A stretch of DNA of 34,353 nucleotides from positions 1-34,353 of the forward strand of contig JBMFQU010000004.1 of assembly GCA_049968435.1 (NCBI GenBank), given 5' to 3'. The notes beneath the pieces are model-generated. The model searched no databases. It was not told the origin of the DNA and saw only the letters and a list, made by a program, of their open reading frames with translations. Numbering within the stretch: the first letter of the stretch is position 1; the number at the start of each line of letters is the position of its first letter. Positions 29,701 through 34,353 of this stretch are shown piece after piece. The position numbers and the translations under genes are program-made. This DNA comes from Brevinematia bacterium (lineage in GTDB: Bacteria > Spirochaetota > Brevinematia > DTOW01).

Positions 29701-31477
29701 CAATAAAACCAGAGGGAACTTGTATCTTTAAAGTAGTAATTGGTGGATTATCAGAACTAAATCCAGCTGTTGAAACATAATAATAGAAAGTATTAGTTGT
29801 ACCTTGATAAACCATATTAGGTGTAATACCGCCATTCGCCCTAGGTATATTCAAAACCGATATATAAAGAGTATTACCATCAGAAAGTGAAGGCTCTATA
29901 CTAGATACATCTAAAGCATCACCTGAATAACTTTTCATTCTACCAGTAGTTGCATACCTTGGAGCAGTACCAACTGAAGTATCAGTCCATGTATCACCAT
30001 ACTTAGGATTATCTACATAAACATCAAAATAATCCTCCGAAGAAGAAAAAGTAGAAGGAGTAGTTAAATTGGAAATAATGATCCTTATAAATTTATTTGA
30101 ATAATCACTTGTAGATATAGGTCGTATTATCTGATTATCAGCCCAGCTCGTTGCCCTAAATCTTATCTTTAGAGTATCACCATATACAGAAAGAGAAACA
30201 TTACCACTACTAGGATTAACATCTCCTGATTGCTTACCAAAGTTAGCAAGTAAATTCGTATTACTATAAACCATTATAGCTATGCTATTAGTATAACTAG
30301 CCCAATCAAAACTAGTCCAACCAACAGGACGTTTTATATGAATTTCAGAAACTCCTGCATCATTTGTAGAACCAAAAATCGGTTTTATAAATATATTAAG
30401 ATGGGTAGTAGAATTAGTACCAAGTTGATAAGGCGAAATTTCAGAAGTAACAGAAGAAGCAATAGTACGAATATAAAAATCATCAAAAACTACATATTGC
30501 AAATCTGTATCATACCTTATAGTCTCAACCCCCATAAGGGGGAAAACATTACTAGAAAATCCAACAGAAGCTTCACCTAACTTAAGCATAGCATTAGGAA
30601 TACCAGCAAAAGGACCAGCGGAAAGGTTATTAGGATTAGGGTTTGCGAAAAACTGCACCTTACCACCATCATGCGTCATCATTATCTTTATGTAGTTCGT
30701 ATTAGTAGAATAAGTATTAGAGTATTGAGAATAACCACCATTAACTTTTCCTTCATTTGTAGGATGTACCCAATTATTATCCATATTCCACTCTAAAATC
30801 GGCTTTACGTTATAAGTTGTACCATTTAGAGAAGGAACATTCGTAGTATAAAGTCTACTATAAGAGCCTTTCCAATATCCCCACTGACTATATGGAGTGT
30901 AAGTAGTAGTATTAGAAGTATTATCTATCATTCTCATCATATCGTAAAAAACTATTTGATCAGGAAACTTAGTTAAATCAGGAGAACTATTATTTAAATT
31001 AGAGTATACCGCTAAAAATATACTCATAGAAGCAGAGTGCCTACGAGACTCTGGGTTTTTTGCAGCAGTTCCAAAACTATTAGCATCCTCATCTTGGGGA
31101 TCTATCCTTGCAGCTTTTCTAAGTATTTCAAAACCAAAAGGGTTGTAGGGAGTTGGGTTCCAAAGTTTATTAGTAAAACCAACAACACAACCTACCCAAG
31201 TACCTAATCCATATGTAGAGCTAGAATTAACAACTCTTCTATCAAAAACTAAATTACCACCTGTAAAATTAATACTAGCTTCCCTAACATTAGTACCATA
31301 ACTAGGAAATGTACCATCTCTACCATACCAAAGCCCTCCATCAGCATTTGTTGCAACATACCACCAACCTGTAGGAGTAGTTGAAAAAGGTTCAAAATAG
31401 TAATAGGATTCACCATATACACTATACGTTGTTAAAGATAAAAACACAAACAGAACAAAAACACCTAATCTATACAT
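23717..31477 (-). CDS. Giant secreted surface protein A (2586 aa), collinear paralogue of the downstream gene
   Basis: GGGAGG SD, signal peptide and the same repeat units. The C-terminus reads PKVFTP...IYSVDGRLVK...WDGTDMDGKMVRSGVYIFRI...GTIVLVK. Confidence 0.8.
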   Translation of the reverse strand: MYRLGVFVLFVFLSLTTYSVYGESYYYFEPFSTTPTGWWYVATNADGGLWYGRDGTFPSYGTNVREASINFTGGNLVFDRRVVNSSSTYGLGTWVGCVVGFTNKLWNPTPYNPFGFEILRKAARIDPQDEDANSFGTAAKNPESRRHSASMSIFLAVYSNLNNSSPDLTKFPDQIVFYDMMRMIDNTSNTTTYTPYSQWGYWKGSYSRLYTTNVPSLNGTTYNVKPILEWNMDNNWVHPTNEGKVNGGYSQYSNTYSTNTNYIKIMMTHDGGKVQFFANPNPNNLSAGPFAGIPNAMLKLGEASVGFSSNVFPLMGVETIRYDTDLQYVVFDDFYIRTIASSVTSEISPYQLGTNSTTHLNIFIKPIFGSTNDAGVSEIHIKRPVGWTSFDWASYTNSIAIMVYSNTNLLANFGKQSGDVNPSSGNVSLSVYGDTLKIRFRATSWADNQIIRPISTSDYSNKFIRIIISNLTTPSTFSSSEDYFDVYVDNPKYGDTWTDTSVGTAPRYATTGRMKSYSGDALDVSSIEPSLSDGNTLYISVLNIPRANGGITPNMVYQGTTNTFYYYVSTAGFSSDNPPITTLKIQVPSGFIVKPNTAFETNISSILITDPINSIRITNEGGITNIYIEYWKEDKSIPSVNGLDEIVIKTYGTPIDITNRYDDWFAYVNNKDVGGIQNLWVMVSTNSSYPSRTIESRRPRAKVAAWIVAQTNDVSYIENTSITNIYKYVLRNEGFAGNNIAKARIMLPSWITNVSDISTTIPANTTFGDIGGTNFLTIDFQAVSTNLPAGTNCVITFVGWDNVPPLTNEFTNSFPSWVDNLNGDGWVPTTASFTGLDIRVITPPPRGLAKITSPNEEDGDVPGTAFHHVYIDTNDVQVQMYIQNEGEDGNDIFTAYIYYPNLITNVANISSVKLSTSYVYTTNIGGSNFIVANYDGAGNRLLSGQNDTISFRIRYDVNNVTNLTLQVYIANSTNFNKAIACPVPFDNNQDLHFIYSRVSASNWLSVPGGYIDRASSTNQITFTITNLYYHVKNSIMHVKIKVPSYFSTNVYGISSDIMGSDSSYVYITTEGGNININVTYNIGIYGTYRDVITAYVVDHINYSTNVDFIITVSNKRGEFTNLYTNNVLVSDPPVNARYGVSNNVIIASNANSNNNFLLMLITNMGTGANELTYVKIDIPSAFQGKITNVIGSWTNVSYITWDSTKIELSYSNVMGDAFRGLPASGYDLIKIYFSNNMTNVSTNGWAVWADNSPEFPPITNIGVLTDYTSNTYIVLPSTYYILPNSIASAQTRSVFTNYVNVGSGYSVSGVKIYIPYPFVTNDLVVSSARGASWSLGSNYVILTYSTPIPQNQNDTIVLSNLLSTYNEFYSTNTFWFAEVDYGDGKGFDGRTTLVEPGRTNVVDIIYNFALAEAYVEPINVSEDFSNYTYTFTIKNIGEPGNEIKEVTILPSAFITNITSVTSAILGTGNIYISNNNIVVLKYWEASKSILPSSNDTITLVGWDNIDDTSSVGGITNSYWVVRVNNSTVSTAYTNAMITEGRSLSNIIERPNYRVDVYLEMFNRISGNPSDYYKVYSTSEQTNQLMYYVFNLGGAGNSLEKLIINIPAIGSIVETNGMQVSSAYGGITSISNDKIIVQYTNVLIPGANDVVTIKFKDNLVEGETNIVWYSTSVFTTTAGKEKTNNVVVGKVNYVSFVMPLPYAVGYIVSPNPKEIYTSDKEFDLTIVLSNTGVDKNIIRGARIDVPGFALKNVISAQNANYSIVGNSVYLNYLTDFEVGMTNYLTLRLSNVFSSKTNLQFTGVVWNSKNTNVFSESSFSELTFKVEKLPSMYVLPNAVDTSDYFTNYLVSIKNDTTGVKSIYKVKIELPIWLFSTLSNISSTKVGGSYISNDGNSNIIIDYDGSPVLPGDQDSITFFGYDTLDIGSTNVSIDGYFDDGSATWRKFSIFLGYTNNITYVMPPAYMKASITPTKIYVTEFSNDFKFTVTNEGKGSNKLLKVRFNIPWGFVSLTLVSNRLGGIASNFVNTPYYEIWYSNTSGISASDYDEYYFVAENYYEMITNVSFIFMAGNEYGGPWYLGDTILGGSTVLNVQYPPLLVLGYINKGQNIYTINTNATIEYKIINRSRDVYVTNVIINFDFTNFNIQSLTSFQMISNASISITNIGNLIVVNYPNGFFDFNKEDLITIKVSYNLTNFYPIVMTGQVWLTGATNTNSFLVKPFGLSQVAYVTNAPFGRIKGYVTPYRYSVNIKQVDQNGNVKKDSQGDDIVAVSSTADGSFYIQEAYPDSNNKVLLMFENENYRFMIKEFTVEKNKNNFVGTIYMLNKPFSKSSQNDQDIVSGSDNKSKVIVKSGDIYRDFSVDLYVTNLTELQKYGIQKNGDIGKPSNYDSLKCYFLDVRGYSYEELLKEVGISGDIILYFYYPSVISNAYANEDKLGIYYWKDTTGDWIRLGGQVDKVNKFIISKVSYLHRYYGIFESSKEFTNVIRNVNASPKVFTPVGGGRTDPSYGVAKISFEFDKPYNEYEVSIYSVDGRLVKRIKKQSSEGFINGEIGWDGTDMDGKMVRSGVYIFRIKAGENVYTGTIVLVK

Positions 31478-31502
31478 ACTAACCTCCCAGATAGTACATC
31501 AC

Positions 31503-31531
31503 TTTATAGTATACTACAAAAAATATACCAA
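31503..31531 (-). promoter_or_regulatory. Possible promoter of the giant-protein operon
   Basis: TTGGTA-17 nt-TATAAA on the minus strand, overlapping the palindrome TAGTATACTA (31507-31516). Another TATAAT lies at 31537-31542. Confidence 0.3.
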
Positions 31532-31623
31532 TTTTGATTATAAACGAAGTAAAAACCCCCAAAAGTACCATAAAATCAATTTACTCATCTGATAGAAAAA
31601 TAAATCAAAAAAAATCTTATTTC

Positions 31624-31670
31624 AAAAAGTGTAAAAATTTTTCACATAGTTTTTGAAAAAATTTCACACT
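31624..31670 (-). terminator. 17-9-17 inverted repeat: terminator of purF-PilZ and/or tandem operator
   Basis: Arms at 31628-31644 and 31654-31670 with 2 mismatches (one is G-U on the minus strand), followed by a T run on the minus strand. The stem is AT-rich. Confidence 0.45.
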
Positions 31671-31760
31671 CCTAACTCACTTAGATTTTAATCAGGTTAG
31701 GAGGGGAAGGTTAGAAGAGTTTTTTCAAACCTGTTACTAAAAAACAACAAATTTAAAAAC

Positions 31761-32111
31761 TTAAATTGATTCTTGTTTAGATTTTCCGTATTTTAAAACA
31801 AGTTCTTCAACATAACCTATTAATATTTTTTTCTTTTCATTCGAAAGTTCATCGAACTGAACGCCAATTTCATTTCCGCTACTGTTTCTTACTATACACC
31901 ATGCTTCTATAGTATATGGTTTCTGTTGGAAAACTATATTGAAAGTAACCTTTAAGATATCTCTGGGCACTAAGATTTGTTTAACTTCAAGTCTCATACC
32001 TGTTTCAGAAATATCAAGTATTGTACATTTACCTTTTACACCTTTAAATTCGTAGATAGCTTCTATATTTACTGGTATTCTAGTGGCTCTAAGCTTTTTA
32101 TATTCTTCCAT
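31761..32111 (-). CDS. Stand-alone PilZ-domain protein (c-di-GMP receptor)
   Basis: RATR (RxxR variant of the RxxxR switch, preceded by KKL), DISETG (DxSxxG) and IGVQF; 116 aa; GAGG SD inside the end of purF. Confidence 0.85.
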   Translation of the reverse strand: MEEYKKLRATRIPVNIEAIYEFKGVKGKCTILDISETGMRLEVKQILVPRDILKVTFNIVFQQKPYTIEAWCIVRNSSGNEIGVQFDELSNEKKKILIGYVEELVLKYGKSKQESI

Positions 32112-33516
32112 AATTTACCTCAAATATATCTTTCCTAACTTCACTAATTTTAACTTTATAATATCCTGAAAAACAAGAATTACAAAAGTTATTTTGCTGT
32201 TTTAAAATACCCATCATATCATCAAGAGAGAGGTACTTTAAACTTTCAACACCTATGTAGTCTTGAATTTCTTCTATAGTTTTAGTATTGGCGATTAATT
32301 CTTCTTTAGATGGAAAGTCAATTCCAAAGTAGCAAGGAAATTTAACTGGCGGGGAGGCTATTCTTAAGTGAACTTCGGCTACACCATTTTTTCTAAGTAG
32401 ATTAACTATCCTTTTCATGGTAGTGCCTCTAACTATAGAATCATCAATAATGACAATTTTCTTACCTTTTATAGAATCAGAAGGTACAAAAAATTTTGTT
32501 CTAACTTCAATATCTCTCATTCTTTGCTTAGGCTGAATGAAAGATCTACCAGTAAAATGATTCCTTATAAGTCCCATAACGAGAGGATTTTTCGTTACCT
32601 CAGCATATCCTAAAGCAGCAATGAGTCCAGAATCAGGTATTGGTACAACTGCATCAAAATTTTCACTCAAATCGTATAACCCTAACTTCTTACCACACTC
32701 ATACCTAAACTTGTAAACATCCTCACCAAAAACTTTACTTGAAGGTTTAGAAAAATAAACAAGTTCAAAAACGCAGTGAGACAAAACTGAAGGATTTACG
32801 AACTGTTTTCTATAAATCCCCTTTTGATCAACAATTACAACTTCACCTGGTTTTACTTCTTCGTAATCAAATATATCTATAGTTTTAAGTGCAGTATCTT
32901 CTGAGGTAAAAACCACCCCATTACTGAACTTTCCAAAAACTAAAGGTCTAAAACCATACTTATCCCTAAAGGCAACAAGTTTATCATCAAATAGCATCAA
33001 AATAGAAAAAGCACCTTCAAACAGAGAAATTGCACTAGCAATGCTTAATTCTATATCAGATGTCCTATTATATTCTTTAACAATGTGATGAAGAATAACT
33101 TCACTATCGGTAGTTGTTGAAAATGTGTGACCTTCTTTCATAAGTTTTAATCTTACCTCAGCAGCATTAGTTATGTTACCGTTATGAGCTAAAGCAATAG
33201 TTTTACCATCAATTGTTTTAGAACAAAAAGGTTGAACATTTGAAATATCGTTTGAACCAGTTGTTGAATATCTTATATGACCAATTATAGATGATGCCCT
33301 ATTTACACCTTCAATGTTTTTGTCTTTAAACAAGTCTTTAACCAAGCCCAGAGTAATAACTCTCTCAAAACCACCATCTACTCTCCAAAAAGCAATACCA
33401 GCCCCCTCTTGTCCTCTGTGCTGAAGAGCACTCATCAGAATAAACATATCTTCAAGAGGAGTATGCAACTTACCATAGACACCTACAAGCCCACACTTTT
33501 CCCCAAAATCAATCAT
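32098..33516 (-). CDS. purF: Amidophosphoribosyltransferase (Fe-S type with short propeptide)
   Basis: EKCG N-terminal nucleophile Cys, LQHRGQE, GHIRYSTTG, AHNGN and IIDDSIVRGTT motifs; Fe-S cysteines in CVFE, PCYFGID and FCNSCF. Confidence 0.97.
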   Translation of the reverse strand: MIDFGEKCGLVGVYGKLHTPLEDMFILMSALQHRGQEGAGIAFWRVDGGFERVITLGLVKDLFKDKNIEGVNRASSIIGHIRYSTTGSNDISNVQPFCSKTIDGKTIALAHNGNITNAAEVRLKLMKEGHTFSTTTDSEVILHHIVKEYNRTSDIELSIASAISLFEGAFSILMLFDDKLVAFRDKYGFRPLVFGKFSNGVVFTSEDTALKTIDIFDYEEVKPGEVVIVDQKGIYRKQFVNPSVLSHCVFELVYFSKPSSKVFGEDVYKFRYECGKKLGLYDLSENFDAVVPIPDSGLIAALGYAEVTKNPLVMGLIRNHFTGRSFIQPKQRMRDIEVRTKFFVPSDSIKGKKIVIIDDSIVRGTTMKRIVNLLRKNGVAEVHLRIASPPVKFPCYFGIDFPSKEELIANTKTIEEIQDYIGVESLKYLSLDDMMGILKQQNNFCNSCFSGYYKVKISEVRKDIFEVNYGRI

Positions 33517-33690
33517 ATGTTAATTATAAACATAACTACCTTTAAAATAAAATTATCAAACCATTAGCAAAATGTATATAAAACTAAAAAAGTTAAGTAA
33601 GGGAATTCTTAATTTAATCACAAGATCTACAAAAAATCAACAATTTTTTTAATTTTATATCCAGTTAGCATTAACAAAATAATTTACATT

Positions 33691-34353
33691 ATGAGAAAAA
33701 TTTTGATTGTAAAAGTTATGATTTTTGTATTAACAATAAAATTATTTTCCCAAATCGTTGCAGAAGAAGAGCTAAAATCTGTAAGAAAGGTTAAATTTGA
33801 AAATTACCAAGGTAAATACCAAAGCGTAGGAGAAGATTACCTTAAGGAGATAGGTAAAAAGATATCAGATATAGAATCTTTCAATAAATTAAAAACATAC
33901 AATAACTATTCTATAGTAAGAGTAAAACCAAAAGAAGATAAACTGGGAGCAGATATAATTTTCATAAGTAAAAAATCAAAACTAAAGCACATAAACGTAT
34001 TAAGAACAATAATAGCAGAATATCTATCTACAAAATATAATTATACTTTTGAAAACGCTTATACAATTGCAATATTCGCAACATACTATAACGCAATATA
34101 CAGAGGCAACATTGAATACTTCAAAAGCAAGTATTCTGAAGAATTATTTAAATTTACTTCGAAAAACATCGGTATATCAACAAAGTATTATGAATGGGCG
34201 GGTAAAACTGAACTTGTTATTCCAACTAAGCTAGGTGTAGACAAAGAAAAACCTAAATTAAGTGAAATAGGCAGTAAAAAGGTAATTGAGAAAATAAAAG
34301 ATCAACTCAAAATAGAAGAAAGAAAGGAAATGCTTAATATTCGAAAAGAAGAA
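33691..34353 (+). CDS. P83/100-family spirochaetal protein (partial, runs off the window; absent from the ORF track)
   Basis: Open frame from ATG 33691 to the window end: MRKILIVKVMIFVLTIKLFSQIVAEEEL...VKFENYQG...LGADII...HINVLRTII..YL...FATYYNAIYRG...GISTKYYEWAGKTELVIP. These are motifs I recognise from the Borrelia/Treponema P83/100 N-terminal domain. Confidence 0.8.
   Translation, partial: MRKILIVKVMIFVLTIKLFSQIVAEEELKSVRKVKFENYQGKYQSVGEDYLKEIGKKISDIESFNKLKTYNNYSIVRVKPKEDKLGADIIFISKKSKLKHINVLRTIIAEYLSTKYNYTFENAYTIAIFATYYNAIYRGNIEYFKSKYSEELFKFTSKNIGISTKYYEWAGKTELVIPTKLGVDKEKPKLSEIGSKKVIEKIKDQLKIEERKEMLNIRKEE

Noticed and set aside
214-30580. Short antisense or overlapping ORFs (214..489, 1956..2171, 3216..3431, 5711..5908, 9751..10047, 10125..10727, 11094..11285, 11725..11958, 14092..14280 and those inside the two giant genes)
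   Set aside because: All lie within or across well-supported longer genes, lack recognisable motifs and look like shadow frames.
16078-31477. DGR target, RTX/Rhs toxin or autotransporter
   Set aside because: No reverse transcriptase or template repeat seen, no GGxGxD or YD repeats, and no C-terminal barrel in the giant proteins.
31630-31668. Canonical CRP or Rex box
   Set aside because: The spacer is one base too long (TGTGA-N7-TCACA). Kept only as an unassigned motif.
34049-34234. 61-aa + strand ORF from the track
   Set aside because: It is out of frame inside the longer P83/100-family CDS starting at 33691.
1-34353. CRISPR array, IS element or prophage
   Set aside because: No regularly spaced direct repeats, and no transposase, integrase or phage genes were seen. 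The intergenic regions are all short.

Overview
AT-rich bacterial chromosomal window, most likely from a spirochaete: a P83/100-family gene, a family known from Spirochaetota, starts at the right edge. A Brevinematales-like lineage is only a guess. Housekeeping content: a CbiQ/CbiO-like ECF module whose ATPase is split by a frameshift in an A6 run, a K+-independent membrane pyrophosphatase (hppA), a TamB-like protein, a znuACB-type metal ABC transporter with a perfect 11-1-11 palindrome upstream, an M23 peptidase, prmC, alr, and purF coupled to a stand-alone PilZ protein. The notable part is a ~16.7 kb three-gene operon (14799-31477, minus strand). It encodes two collinear ~2,550-aa secreted paralogues, each with a lectin-like tip, about 13 Ig-like repeats and a T9SS-CTD/FlgD-Ig-like C-terminal domain, followed by a PorV/FadL-like beta-barrel. 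This looks like a CTD-cargo plus barrel surface-display module outside the Bacteroidota. I saw no RNA genes, CRISPR arrays or mobile elements. All family calls come from motif recognition by eye; no database searches were run.
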